A DNA stretch of 48,471 nt. It comes from Rhodothermales bacterium. GTDB lineage: Bacteria > Bacteroidota > Rhodothermia > Rhodothermales > ISCAR-4553. The position numbers were made by a program, and so were the translations under genes. Below, one piece after another: positions 18,122 through 27,826 of the stretch. The DNA lies in NCBI GenBank assembly GCA_026984335.1, contig JALSSK010000318.1, positions 1 to 48,471 on the forward strand, written 5' to 3'. The notes below the pieces were generated by a model. The model was not told the DNA's origin and searched no databases. It was given only the letters and a program-made list of their open reading frames with translations. Each line of letters opens with the position of its first letter. Position 1 is the first letter of the stretch.

Positions 18122-18585
18122 ATCGCTATCTTTACGGTTGTCAACTTCGAAAAGCACGAGCTGTGTTTTCTGAGGGAAATAGTCAACGCAATGCGCCGGC
18201 CGAGGTTCTTGTCCACCGCTTTCTACGAACTGGAGCGCCGGGCCTCAAGCGCTTGTTTATCAATCGTATCGACCGGGAGGGAGGAAGCTAAAGACAGGCG
18301 TCGAACGGCCGGGCGGATGACGGAAAAAAAGGAAGGCGACGGACGTTTTCAAGGCGCGCCGTCCGAGCGAAGCGCGTCCGATCGGGCAGCGGGACGGGCG
18401 CGTATTTGAACTTTGCTTGATTCCGAAGCGAAACGGCGGGAGCGGCGTTCAAAAAGGTGTTCATCCGACGTTCGACGGGCAGCCGGGATGCTCGCGGGGA
18501 TCGTCTCCGCGCATGCGGGCGCTGAGGGAGGCCGTGCCGGATTCGTCGGCGTTTGCTACACGGATTCTCATGCGGAGGCACGACC

Positions 18586-20214
18586 ATGACGGCTCTATCC
18601 TACACCCACGGCGTTTCCCGGACCCCGCTTCTCGGCGAGACCATCGGCGACAACCTCCGGCGCACCGTCGCGCGCTTTCCCCACCGCGAAGCCTTCGTCG
18701 ACAGTTCCCGGGGAGTGCGCCTGACGTACCGCGAGCTGTGGGACGCCGTCGATCGCGTGGCGCGCGGGTTGATGGCGCTCGGCGTGGCGCGCGGCGACCG
18801 CGTGGGGATCTGGTCGCCGAACCGGCACGAGTGGGTGCTCGTGCAGTTCGCCACGGCGCGCATCGGGGCCATCCTCGTCAACGTCAATCCCGCCTATAAG
18901 ACTTCCGAACTCGCCTACACGCTCCGGCAGGCGGGGATCCGTCTGCTCATCATGGCGCAGGGCTTCCGGAAGACGGACTATCGCCCCATGATCGAAGAGG
19001 TGCGCGGCAAGTGTCCGGCGCTTCGGCGCGTGATCCTCTTCGAGGACGACTGGGACGAACTGCTCGCGCGCGCCGAGACGGTGACGCCGGACGCCTTGCG
19101 CGCGCGCGAAGCCCTCCTGCAGTTCGACGACCCCATCAACATCCAGTACACCTCGGGCACGACGGGGCGTCCCAAAGGCGCGACGCTGACGCATCACAAC
19201 ATCCTGAACAACGCCTTTTTCGTCGGCGAGGCCCTCCGCTACACGGAGCGCGACCGGGTGTGCATCCCGGTGCCGTACTATCACTGCTTCGGCATGGTGC
19301 TCGGCAACCTCGCCTGCGTCACGCACGGCGCGTGCATGGTCATCGCCGGCGAAGCGTTCGACCCGGAGGCCGTGCTCGCCACCGTCGAGGCGGAGCGCTG
19401 CACGTCCCTCTACGGCGTCCCCACCATGTTCATCGCCGAACTCAACCACGAGCGCTTCGACGCCTACGATCTGTCCTCGCTCCGCACCGGCATGATGGCG
19501 GGCGCGCCGTGTCCCATCGAGACCATGCGCGAGGTCATGAGCCGCATGCACATGCCCGAGGTGACCATCGCCTACGGCATGACGGAAACCTCGCCCGTCT
19601 CGACCCTCACGGCCCCCGACGACCCCGTCGAGAAGCGGGTGACCACCGTCGGGCGTGTGTTGCCGCACGTGGAGATCAAGATCGTCGATCCCGGGAGCGG
19701 GGCCGTCGTGCCGCGCGGGGTGCGGGGGGAGCTATGCACGCGCGGATACGGCGTGATGCGGGGCTATTGGGACGACGAAGCCGCCACGCGCGAGGCCATC
19801 GACGAGGCGGGATGGATGCACTCCGGCGACCTCGCGGTGATGGACGAGGAAGGGTACGTCGGGATCGTCGGGCGCATCAAGGAAATGATCATTCGCGGAG
19901 GAGAGAACATCTACCCGCGCGAGATCGAGGAATATCTCATGCGGCATCCGGGCATCGAGGTGGCGCAGGTCATCGGCGTGCCCTCGGAGAAATACGGGGA
20001 GGAGGTGATGGCGTGGGTGAAACCCAGGCCCGGCGTCACGCTCACGGCGGAGGACCTTCACGCCTATTGCAAGGGCAACATCGCCACGTACAAGATTCCG
20101 AAATACTGGAAATTCGTGGAAGCCTTCCCGCTGACGGTCACGGGGAAGGTGCAGAAGTTTCGGATGCGCGAGATCGCCGTCCGCGAACTCGGCCTCGAAC
20201 CCGTGACGGCGTGA
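18586..20214 (+). CDS. AMP-dependent acyl-CoA synthetase/ligase
   Basis: [42 protein letters not shown] and [18 protein letters not shown] 18586 is preceded by GGAGG. Confidence 0.9.
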   Translation: MTALSYTHGVSRTPLLGETIGDNLRRTVARFPHREAFVDSSRGVRLTYRELWDAVDRVARGLMALGVARGDRVGIWSPNRHEWVLVQFATARIGAILVNVNPAYKTSELAYTLRQAGIRLLIMAQGFRKTDYRPMIEEVRGKCPALRRVILFEDDWDELLARAETVTPDALRAREALLQFDDPINIQYTSGTTGRPKGATLTHHNILNNAFFVGEALRYTERDRVCIPVPYYHCFGMVLGNLACVTHGACMVIAGEAFDPEAVLATVEAERCTSLYGVPTMFIAELNHERFDAYDLSSLRTGMMAGAPCPIETMREVMSRMHMPEVTIAYGMTETSPVSTLTAPDDPVEKRVTTVGRVLPHVEIKIVDPGSGAVVPRGVRGELCTRGYGVMRGYWDDEAATREAIDEAGWMHSGDLAVMDEEGYVGIVGRIKEMIIRGGENIYPREIEEYLMRHPGIEVAQVIGVPSEKYGEEVMAWVKPRPGVTLTAEDLHAYCKGNIATYKIPKYWKFVEAFPLTVTGKVQKFRMREIAVRELGLEPVTA

Positions 20215-20244
20215 AGGTTCGGGACGTGCGTATTCCGTGTTTCG

Positions 20245-20345
20245 TAGGGGGAGGGCAGGAACGCGAGCCCCTGACGCGAACCGTATGGGGGGCGAGGGGA
20301 TGACCTTGACGCGACCGAGGCGAGCCCATGACGGCGAAGGCAGGG
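20245..20345. repeat. Copy of the dispersed intergenic repeat family (see 36866-37135)
   Basis: TGACGCGAACCGTATGGG (20272-20289) matches TGACGCGAACGGTATGGG (37021-37038) at 17 of 18 positions. GGCGAGCCCATGACGGCGAAGGCAGGG resembles 37090-37118. Confidence 0.5.
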
Positions 20346-20352
20346 AGCCCCT

Positions 20353-21096
20353 TCAGAACGGATACGCGCCCAGTTCCTCGGCCAGGTCGGTGGCGGCGAA
20401 GTGGCGGCGCGCTTCGGCGAGGTCGTCGTCGGAGAGGTTCGGGGGGAGATGGGTAAGAAGCAGGCGCCCGGCCCGGGCGCGGGCGGCGAGGCGGGCGGCG
20501 TCGGCGGGGGAGGTGTGGCCGTAGCCCGGTCCGTTGGCCTCGTGCACGAGCACATCCGCCTCTCGCGCCAGGCGTTCGATGCTGTCGCTCGGCTCGGTGT
20601 CGCTCGAATACGTGACGACGCCGCCGGTGGCTTTGCTCTCCACGCGCACGCCCGTCACGGGCACGGTGTGCGTGCCCGGCGAGGCCGTCACGCGCCACCG
20701 GTCGTCGTCGAAGACCGGCGCGCCCTCCCGGTGGTCGATCTCCTCCCACACCAGTTCCGGGATCTCCCAGTGGCCGATGTTGAAGGCCGAGAGGCAGCGC
20801 CATGCCTGCTCGATGGCGGGCGCGATGCCGTAGACGGGCAGCGGCTCCGTGCGACCGGCCAGCCAGATCTTCTCGATGAAGAGCGGAAAGCCGCTGACGT
20901 GGTCCGGATGCTCGTGTGTGATGAAGAGGCCCGAGATCGTGCCGGGATCGAGACCGGCCTTCAGGAGCCGCTGCACCACGTCGCCGCCGCAGTCGACGAG
21001 GAACGTGGAGCCGCCGTCGGAGAAGGCAAGCATGGCGGTGTGACGATGCGGGTCCGTCAGGGCCGCGCCGGTTCCGAGGAGATGAAGGGTGGGCAT
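20353..21096 (-). CDS. MBL-fold metallo-hydrolase (RNase Z/beta-lactamase superfamily)
   Basis: HEHPDH (HxHxDH) motif and the N-terminus LHLLGTGAALTDPHR. Confidence 0.85.
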   Translation of the reverse strand: MPTLHLLGTGAALTDPHRHTAMLAFSDGGSTFLVDCGGDVVQRLLKAGLDPGTISGLFITHEHPDHVSGFPLFIEKIWLAGRTEPLPVYGIAPAIEQAWRCLSAFNIGHWEIPELVWEEIDHREGAPVFDDDRWRVTASPGTHTVPVTGVRVESKATGGVVTYSSDTEPSDSIERLAREADVLVHEANGPGYGHTSPADAARLAARARAGRLLLTHLPPNLSDDDLAEARRHFAATDLAEELGAYPF

Positions 21097-21172
21097 TGCG
21101 GCGTGCGTGGGATGAGAGGGGATTCGACGTCCGTAATCTACGGAAATGCGGGCGTTTCCGGGACGCGGGCGG

Positions 21173-22213
21173 CTATCTTTTGCGCCGCACGGTATAGTCG
21201 GTCAGGTCGATGAGCGCGTCGCGGGCTTCGGTGGGAGGGAACGCGGCAAGGAGGTCGCGGGCTTCCCGGGCGAGCTCGGTCATCCGCCGCCGGGCATAGG
21301 CAATGCCGCCCGTCTCCTCGACGAACGCCCCTACCGTCCGGATGTCGGCGCGGCTTTTCCTTTTCTTCCGAACGATCCGGAGGATGCGCTTCCGATCGGC
21401 CCGGCCCGATTCCCGGAGGGCGAAGATGAGCGGGAGGGTCAGCTTTTTTTCCTGAAGGTCGATGCCGAGCGGCTTGCCCACGTCCTGCACGCCGAAGTCG
21501 AAGAGGTCGTCGCGGATTTGAAAGGCGAGGCCGAGCTTCTCTCCGACGACGCGCATCCGCTCGATGTCCTCGGCGTCGTCGGTGGCGCTGAGGGCCCCGC
21601 ACGTCGTGCACGCGGCGATGAGTGAGGCGGTCTTGTCGGAAATGATGCGGAAGTACGTTGCCTCGTCGATGTCGAGGTGACGGGTCTTTTCGATCTGAAG
21701 GAGTTCCCCCTCACTCATGCGCCGGACGGCGTCGGAAACGGTATGGAGGAGCGGATAGTCGTGATGATCGAGGGCGAGGAGAAGGCCCCGGCTGAGGAGG
21801 AAGTCTCCCAGAAGCACGGCGATCTTGTTCTTCCACAGCGCATTGATCGAGAAGAGCCCGCGCCGTCGTTCGGCGTCGTCGACCACGTCGTCGTGGATGA
21901 GCGTGGCCGTGTGGAGCAGTTCGACGAGCGCCGCCCCCCGGTAGCTCGACTCCGAGACGCCGCCGCAGGCTTTCGCCGAGAGCAGGACGAGGATCGGGCG
22001 GATGCGCTTGCCTTTCTGATGGAGGACGTATCGGATCACCTTGTCGAGCAGGCCCACCTTCGTGCGCATCGCGCCCCGGAAATACCGGCGGAAATGAGCG
22101 AGTTCGGCTTCGACGGGGCGGCGCACGTCGGCGAGGGTGATCGTGCGCGCCAAGGGTGCAAAGGCGCTCGCGGGCGCGTCCGTTTCCGGCTGCGCCGGGG
22201 GGAGGTCAGGCAT
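21173..22213 (-). CDS. ispB: Polyprenyl diphosphate synthase (octaprenyl/long-chain type)
   Basis: FARM LIHDDVVDD and SARM IRDDLFDF motifs. ATG at 22213; the track ORF begins two codons earlier at TTG. Confidence 0.9.
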   Translation of the reverse strand: MPDLPPAQPETDAPASAFAPLARTITLADVRRPVEAELAHFRRYFRGAMRTKVGLLDKVIRYVLHQKGKRIRPILVLLSAKACGGVSESSYRGAALVELLHTATLIHDDVVDDAERRRGLFSINALWKNKIAVLLGDFLLSRGLLLALDHHDYPLLHTVSDAVRRMSEGELLQIEKTRHLDIDEATYFRIISDKTASLIAACTTCGALSATDDAEDIERMRVVGEKLGLAFQIRDDLFDFGVQDVGKPLGIDLQEKKLTLPLIFALRESGRADRKRILRIVRKKRKSRADIRTVGAFVEETGGIAYARRRMTELAREARDLLAAFPPTEARDALIDLTDYTVRRKR

Positions 22214-22339
22214 GAACAAACCTGGCTTTCAATTTTTTTTGAAACTTGACGATCATATACGCCCCCTCGGAAAAGAAGTTTGGAGCGGTCGGGGTTCGGG
22301 AGGAATTTCGGAGGGGAGCGCCGCCTCCGGGAAGCGGCG

Positions 22340-23368
22340 TCATCCGAAGCGGTACGGGTTGCGGCGAAGCAGCGCGAGGAAGAACGGCGCGCCGGCGAGC
22401 GCCGTGATGATGCCCACGGGGAAATCCTGTGAGGGCAGGATGGCGCGCGCGCCGAGGTCGGCCCACAGGAGGAAGACGGCCCCGGCAAAGAAGCTCGTGG
22501 GCACCACGCGGCGGTGCGATACGCCCACGAGCGCGCGCACGGCATGCGGCACGATCAGGCCGACGAAGCCGATGGCTCCGGAGACGGCCACGAGCGCGCC
22601 CGTGACGAAGGCGGCCAGCAGGATGAGCAGACGCTTGACCGTCTCGACGGGCACGCCGAGGTTGAAGGCGGGCTCTTCGCCGGTGAGGAGCGCGTCGAGC
22701 GGGCGGGCGAGCGCGGTCAGACACACGAGGCCGAGCACGGCGGTGAGGGCGGGAAAGGGGAGCAGGCTCCAGTGCGCCCCGTTGAGCGAGCCGAGCAGCC
22801 AGAAAAGCACGGCGCGGAGCCGGTTCGGATCGGGCGAGACGAGCGTGATGAACGACGTGAGGGACGCCATCAGCGCGGACATCGCCACACCGGCCAGGAG
22901 CAGCCGCGCCACCGAGACGCGCGCGCCGGTCCGCGCCGTGAGATAGACGACGGTGATCGCGAGCCACCCGCCCAGGAAAGCGGCCAGAGGCATCGTGAGC
23001 GCGCGCGTGAGCAACGGCGGCAACAGGCCGAGGAAGAAGAGGGAAGCGCCCGCCGAGGCGCCGCTCGAAATGCCCAGGATGTACGGCTCGGCCAGCGGAT
23101 TGCGCACGAGCGCCTGCATCGCTACGCCGATGATGGACAGGCCGCCGCCGACGATCATCGCCAGGAGCGCGCGCGGAAACCGGAGCTGCCACACGATCTG
23201 CTCCACCGTAGCGTCGGGCGCCGCGCCGCCGACGAAAGGCAGACGGCTTCGGAAAACGCCGAGCACGTCCCGGAAGGCGATCGACTCGCTTCCGAAAGAG
23301 ACGGCCGCGACCGTGGAGACGACGAGAAGCGCCGCGAGCAGCAACGCGGTGACGACGGGTTTCCTCAT
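22340..23368 (-). CDS. FecCD/BtuC-family ABC importer permease
   Basis: 342 aa with about 9-10 TM segments and FecCD-type conserved stretches (LLLAGVAMSAL, GAIGFVGLIVPH). The ATGA start overlaps the stop of the binding-protein gene. Confidence 0.9.
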   Translation of the reverse strand: MRKPVVTALLLAALLVVSTVAAVSFGSESIAFRDVLGVFRSRLPFVGGAAPDATVEQIVWQLRFPRALLAMIVGGGLSIIGVAMQALVRNPLAEPYILGISSGASAGASLFFLGLLPPLLTRALTMPLAAFLGGWLAITVVYLTARTGARVSVARLLLAGVAMSALMASLTSFITLVSPDPNRLRAVLFWLLGSLNGAHWSLLPFPALTAVLGLVCLTALARPLDALLTGEEPAFNLGVPVETVKRLLILLAAFVTGALVAVSGAIGFVGLIVPHAVRALVGVSHRRVVPTSFFAGAVFLLWADLGARAILPSQDFPVGIITALAGAPFFLALLRRNPYRFG

Positions 23369-24315
23369 GGACGTTCTCCCGATGGACGTTCCCCCGTCGC
23401 TTCCGCCGCGAAGAGCGACGGGTGAAGCCGGGCGGCCAGCCGCCGCGCTCCCTCCACGAGCCGGGGACCCGGACGCAAAAACAGGTCGGGCGCGAAGCTG
23501 AAAACCCGCCCGTCACGGATCGCAGGGACGACGGTCCACGTCGGGTGAAGTGCGAGGAGGCGGGCGGGGTCGTAGTCTTCCCCGAATGCGCCGACGATCA
23601 CGTCCGGAGCGGAGGTGAGGACGAACTCGTCGCTGAGGATGGGCGCTTCCGTCGTGAGATCCTCGGTGATGCTCTGCCCTCCGGCGAGGAAGATGAGTTC
23701 GTGGATATAGCTTTCCGGTCCGAAGGCGAAGAGCGTGCCGTCGCCGATGAGAAAGAGCACGCGGGGCCGCTCCTCGATGGCTTCCGAGCGCGCGCGGAGG
23801 TCATCGACGAGCCGCTGAAGCGAGTCGGCGGCGGCGCGGGCGCGCGCGGCGGCGCCGAGGAGGTCGCCCGTCGTGCGAAGGACGCGCATCACGTCGCCGA
23901 GCCGTCGAAAAGAGAAGAAGACCATCGGGATGCCGAGCGCGGCGAACGTCTCGGCGTCGCGGGGATTGTTGATCTGCGTGAGGCCCAGGACGACGTCGGG
24001 ACGCAGCGCCGCGACGGCTTCGAAGTTCATCGGGAGGGCGCTGAAACGGGGGAGCGTATCGACCGCCGGCGGGTAGTCGTCCGCCGTCGTCACGCCGACG
24101 AGCTTGCGGCCCGCTCCGGCGGTGAAGACGATCTCCGTCAGGCTCGGCGCGACGGTCGCCACGCGGGCGACGGGCTGCCGCAGTTCGACGGTTCGTCCGA
24201 GGTCGTCGGTGAACGCGCGCACCTCTCCGCCCGAGGGGGCCGGCGACTTCGCGCATCCGAACACCCCGGATGTCGCGAGGGTGAAAAAGACGAGAAACGC
24301 TCGAAAAGGGTTCAT
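23365..24315 (-). CDS. Periplasmic substrate-binding lipoprotein (BtuF/iron-siderophore class)
   Basis: ATG 24315 gives MNPFRAFLVFFTLATSGVFGC (lipobox). VATVAPSLTEIVFTAGAGRKLVGVT is typical of cluster-A binding proteins. Confidence 0.85.
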   Translation of the reverse strand: MNPFRAFLVFFTLATSGVFGCAKSPAPSGGEVRAFTDDLGRTVELRQPVARVATVAPSLTEIVFTAGAGRKLVGVTTADDYPPAVDTLPRFSALPMNFEAVAALRPDVVLGLTQINNPRDAETFAALGIPMVFFSFRRLGDVMRVLRTTGDLLGAAARARAAADSLQRLVDDLRARSEAIEERPRVLFLIGDGTLFAFGPESYIHELIFLAGGQSITEDLTTEAPILSDEFVLTSAPDVIVGAFGEDYDPARLLALHPTWTVVPAIRDGRVFSFAPDLFLRPGPRLVEGARRLAARLHPSLFAAEATGERPSGERP

Positions 24316-24513
24316 TCTAGGGGTTGAATGCAAAGGTTGGGAACGCCTGGAACGGGCATGTCAGGGGTCGTGGTGCGCGTTCCGGGCAGCGCGGGTTGCC
24401 GAAGACGAAACCCGGGCCGCGCACGATTTCGCCCGGAAGACGATAGGGCATGGGGGACCCAAAATACAATCGCGCGCCGTATGTTTGCGGATCATTCACC
24501 GACGAGGGCATTT

Positions 24514-25482
24514 ATGCGGATCACGGCTATCCTCAACCCGGCGGCGCGGAACGGAACGGCGGGACGTCGGCGGGCGAAGCTCGAGGCGGCTTTCCGCGCG
24601 GCGGGACTGCCGGTGCGCTGGGCGATGACCGAGGGGCCGGGGCACGGGGCAGCCCTTGCCCGCGCGGCGGCGCAGACGTCGGACGCGGTGATTGCCGTCG
24701 GGGGCGACGGCACGGTCCACGAGGTCGGACGCGGGCTGATCGAGGGCGGAGGAAGCGCGGCGCTCGGCGTGGTTCCTTTCGGCACGGGCAACGACTTCGC
24801 CCGCGCGCTCCGGATGCCGGGGTCCGCCCGGGCGGCGATACGGGCGCTCGCCCACGCCGAGATCGTCGCGGTGGATTATGGACGGGTGCGATGGCGGGAG
24901 GAAAGCGACGTGCGCGAAGAGGTGTTCGTGAATGCGATGGGGCTCGGCTTCGATGCGCGGGCGGCGGATGAGGGCGCTCGGACGAAGCGCCTGCCGGGTC
25001 TCTCGGCATATCTCCTTGCCGTGTTTCGGGCGCTTCGCCGGCGCGTGGAGCCCGGGGCGCGCCTCTTCGTCGGAACGCCCGAACATCCCGGCGCGCCTCT
25101 CTTCGACGGGAAGCTCCTCTTCGTCACGGCGGGCAACGGCTTCAGCTCCGGCGGCGGCTTTCGCCTCACGCCTCGGGCCTCGCTCACCGACGGCCTCCTC
25201 GAGGTGCTCGTCGTCGAAGCCGCCCCGACGCGACGGATCCTCTCCATCCTGCCGTTTGCCCTGTGGGGACGGCATCTCGGCTTTCGCGAGGCGCACGCCC
25301 ACCGCGTCCCCGCCTTCTTCGCCGAGCTCGCCGTCGGCGTGCCCCTGCACGCCGACGGCGAGGTGCTCAGCCGCGCGGCCAGGCGCATCGCCGTCGAAGT
25401 GGCGCCGGGAGGGTTGCGCGTGCTCGTTCCACAGGGAACCGGGAACGCCTGGGCGGTTCGGGAGAGGGGAAATGCTTCGTAG
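24514..25482 (+). CDS. Diacylglycerol-kinase-family lipid kinase (YegS/BmrU-like)
   Basis: MRITAILNPAARNG... and the GGDGT motif (AVGGDGTVHEV). Start set at ATG 24514. Confidence 0.85.
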   Translation: MRITAILNPAARNGTAGRRRAKLEAAFRAAGLPVRWAMTEGPGHGAALARAAAQTSDAVIAVGGDGTVHEVGRGLIEGGGSAALGVVPFGTGNDFARALRMPGSARAAIRALAHAEIVAVDYGRVRWREESDVREEVFVNAMGLGFDARAADEGARTKRLPGLSAYLLAVFRALRRRVEPGARLFVGTPEHPGAPLFDGKLLFVTAGNGFSSGGGFRLTPRASLTDGLLEVLVVEAAPTRRILSILPFALWGRHLGFREAHAHRVPAFFAELAVGVPLHADGEVLSRAARRIAVEVAPGGLRVLVPQGTGNAWAVRERGNAS

Positions 25483-25569
25483 CCGTGCATTTTTCGTCAA
25501 ACCGGGTTCCGAACCCATTCGGGCGGTTGACGTACACCATCTTTTCCCGGCAGATCGTATCTTCGACCC

Positions 25570-26445
25570 ATGGACGGAACGCAAAAGGAACAGGTGATTC
25601 GCCGTCTCGAAGCGCGGGTCAAGGAGACCGCGCCTCCGAACGTCGGCGGCGAGCGGCGGTTGCACGACGCATTGCACCGCATGGTGAACGCGGGGGCGTG
25701 CCGCTTTGGCGTCTGTGCGGACAAGCCGGCCGAGATGGGTTTTTCGGCCTGTGAGCTGGCCCCTCCGCTTGCGCGCATGATCGACCACACGGCCCTCAAG
25801 CCCGACACCACCGAGGCGCAGATCCGCAAGCTGTGCGACGAGGCGCGACGGTACTGTTTCGCCTCGGTCTGCGTCAACCCGTGCTATGTGCCGCTGGCAG
25901 CCGAGGAATTGCGGGGCACACCGGTCGCCATATGCACCGTCATCGGCTTTCCCCTCGGCGCGACGCAGACCGCCACGAAGGTGTTCGAGGCCGAGCTGGC
26001 CGTCCGCGACGGAGCAACCGAGCTCGACATGGTGCTCAACGTGGGGAAGCTCAAGAGCGGGGCGTTCGAGTATGCGGAGAACGACATCCGGGCCGTCGTC
26101 GAGGCGGCGCGCCGGCAGGGCGCGGGGGAACGCATCATCGTCAAGGTGATCCTCGAGACCGCGCTTCTGACGAATGAGGAGAAGGTGATCGCTTCGGTGC
26201 TTGCCCGGAATGCCGGGGCCGACTTCGTCAAGACCTCGACGGGCTTTTCGAAAGGCGGGGCCACGGCCGCCGACGTGGCGCTGATGCGCCGGGTGGTCGG
26301 GCGCGGCATGGGCGTAAAGGCTTCCGGCGGCGTTCGCTCACGGGAGGACGCCGAGAGCATGATCGCGCACGGGGCCACCCGCATCGGAGCGAGCGCTTCG
26401 GTCGAGATCGTGAAAGGACTCGTTGCCGGCGGCGACGGGTATTAA
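25570..26445 (+). CDS. deoC: Deoxyribose-phosphate aldolase
   Basis: [17 protein letters not shown] (Schiff-base Lys) and VKASGGVR. The roughly 70-aa N-terminal extension is uncertain; the start could be an internal Met. Confidence 0.88.
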   Translation: MDGTQKEQVIRRLEARVKETAPPNVGGERRLHDALHRMVNAGACRFGVCADKPAEMGFSACELAPPLARMIDHTALKPDTTEAQIRKLCDEARRYCFASVCVNPCYVPLAAEELRGTPVAICTVIGFPLGATQTATKVFEAELAVRDGATELDMVLNVGKLKSGAFEYAENDIRAVVEAARRQGAGERIIVKVILETALLTNEEKVIASVLARNAGADFVKTSTGFSKGGATAADVALMRRVVGRGMGVKASGGVRSREDAESMIAHGATRIGASASVEIVKGLVAGGDGY

Positions 26446-26460
26446 TCGGAGGAGCGACGG

Positions 26461-27015
26461 ATGATGCGGAAGATGAAAGGCGCCCGGCGCGTGCTTCTGG
26501 GCCTGTGGATCGGCGCGGCGCTCTCGATGAGCGCGTGCTCCGGCAGCCGAAGCGCCGCCGGCCCCGAGCCGTCGAGCGCCGACACGGCGGCCGAAGAGAT
26601 TCGCCTCTCCGACTACGAAGACTTCGATGCCGGGGCATACCGGGATCGTCCGCCCGAGCGGTCCGTCTCCGTCGAACATGACGTTCCGGCCCAACTACTC
26701 GGCGGCCGGGTCGAGCAGGGCGCCGAACAGCTCGTGCAGGGCTATCGCATCCAAATCTACCAGTCGCTCGACAAAGAGGATGCTTTCGAGCGGGAGAACG
26801 AAGTGCTGGCGTGGTGGGAGACGGCGCCCGAAGCGGAACGTCCGCCCGGGCTCGGGCCGGATTTGCCGGTGTACGTGCGGTACCATCAACCCTACTATCG
26901 CGTACGGATCGGAGATTTTACGTCGCGAGAGGCGGCAGAGGAAGTGCTGGCGCTGGTCATCACGCGCTTTCCGGGGGCGTTCATCGCTCCGGACATGGTG
27001 CGCGTGGCGCGGTGA
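26461..27015 (+). CDS. SPOR-domain lipoprotein
   Basis: Signal and lipobox LSMSAC. C-terminal GYRIQIYQS...YYRVRIGDFTSREAAEEVL is SPOR-like. GGAGG lies upstream. Confidence 0.75.
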   Translation: MMRKMKGARRVLLGLWIGAALSMSACSGSRSAAGPEPSSADTAAEEIRLSDYEDFDAGAYRDRPPERSVSVEHDVPAQLLGGRVEQGAEQLVQGYRIQIYQSLDKEDAFERENEVLAWWETAPEAERPPGLGPDLPVYVRYHQPYYRVRIGDFTSREAAEEVLALVITRFPGAFIAPDMVRVAR

Positions 27016-27048
27016 AGAGCGGCTTCGGGGGAAAGAAGGGCGCGAGGA

Positions 27049-27216
27049 TCAGGAGGCGATGCCGGGCAGTTCGTTGACGGCAAAAGCGATGACCAGCGCG
27101 AGGCTCAGAAAGCTGAGGATCACGGCGATGACCTCGAAAGAGAGCCGAACCGTGGTGGGGTGTTCCTCCGATGCGGAAGGAGCCGGAAGGGGGGGCGCGA
27201 GGTTCGTGTGGGTCAT
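27049..27216 (-). CDS. Small (55 aa) single-pass membrane protein, unknown function
   Basis: ATG 27216 has GGAGG 5 nt upstream. Translation MTHTNLAPPLPAPSASEEHPTTVRLSFEVIAVILSFLSLALVIAFAVNELPGIAS has a C-terminal TM helix. The rest of the 121-aa track ORF looks non-coding. Confidence 0.4.
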   Translation of the reverse strand: MTHTNLAPPLPAPSASEEHPTTVRLSFEVIAVILSFLSLALVIAFAVNELPGIAS

Positions 27217-27485
27217 GTCAACCTCCGTCAGGGTTTGAGCTTTCGATGGGAAGGGGAACGGACCGAAGACTTGGCAAAGATGATGCCTGATTGAACATGT
27301 TGTGAAGACGAAAAACGCTGCGAGCAGTCCGCCTGCGTCTTCACGCGGGGGGAAAGGGCCGGTGTTCCCGTCCGTGGGCACAGGGAAAGGGACGGCGCAA
27401 AAGGCGGGATTCATGAAGTGCGTGCGGCGGTGCGTCCGCTTCCGAGGACATTCACCGGGAAGAAGTGGCGACCGGCGAAGACAAG

Positions 27486-27550
27486 AAAAAGCCTCTCCTG
27501 TGGGGACACGACCGGGCTTTCGTGGAGAACGTCCCGGCCCCCGGAGAGGC
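27486..27550 (-). terminator. Long compound hairpin plus T5, minus-strand intrinsic terminator
   Basis: GCCTCTCC (27491-27498) pairs with GGAGAGGC (27543-27550). It encloses GGGG/CCCC and CCGGG/CCCGG pairs. On the minus strand it is followed by TTTTTCTTGT. Confidence 0.45.
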
Positions 27551-27780
27551 TCTGATCATGCGGGCTCGAGGATCTCACCCTGCGGGCACTAAAAGGCTTT
27601 CCGCTCACACGATCGTCGGTATGGCCTTGCCCGAAAAGGGGAACTGCGATCCCAGGTATTTCAGCCCTGTTTAGACGGACAACGAAGAGAGCGGGTCTGG
27701 TCGAACTACCTCAAACGGCTCCCTGTCCGTATCCACCGAGATGGGACTCTCGGTATAAAAAAACCCCGTCGCACGCGAAT
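27551..27780 (-). ncRNA. Candidate small RNA between two minus-strand terminators (family not identified)
   Basis: Bounded upstream by the hairpin plus CTTTTGTGCTT at 27781-27826 and downstream by the 27486-27550 terminator. It contains several local stems and no convincing ORF. No match to RNase P, tmRNA, SRP or riboswitch cores that I can recognise. Confidence 0.2.
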
Positions 27781-27826
27781 GAAGCACAAAAGGCGGGATG
27801 AATGATCACCTGCCTGCTTCATCCGC
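27781..27826 (-). terminator. Probable terminator of the RLP-cupin transcript
   Basis: On the minus strand: GCGGATGAA, a 15-nt loop, TTCATCCCGC (9 bp plus one bulge), then CTTTTGTGCTTC. It lies about 220 nt after the cupin stop. Confidence 0.4.

Noticed and set aside
18288-18587. 99-aa minus-strand ORF and a 30-aa plus-strand ORF in the 464-bp divergent region upstream of the acyl-CoA synthetase
   Set aside because: Arg/Pro-rich composition with no RBS or signal features. It is probably regulatory DNA only.
24316-24513. Possible cobalamin riboswitch upstream of the BtuF-like gene
   Set aside because: GC hairpins are present (CCGGGC...GCCCGG, GGGTT...AACCC). I could not find the GGGAA / GGTG-AA-TCC / GCCACTG core or a B12 box on either strand. 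GCCCGGAAGACG is only a superficial resemblance.
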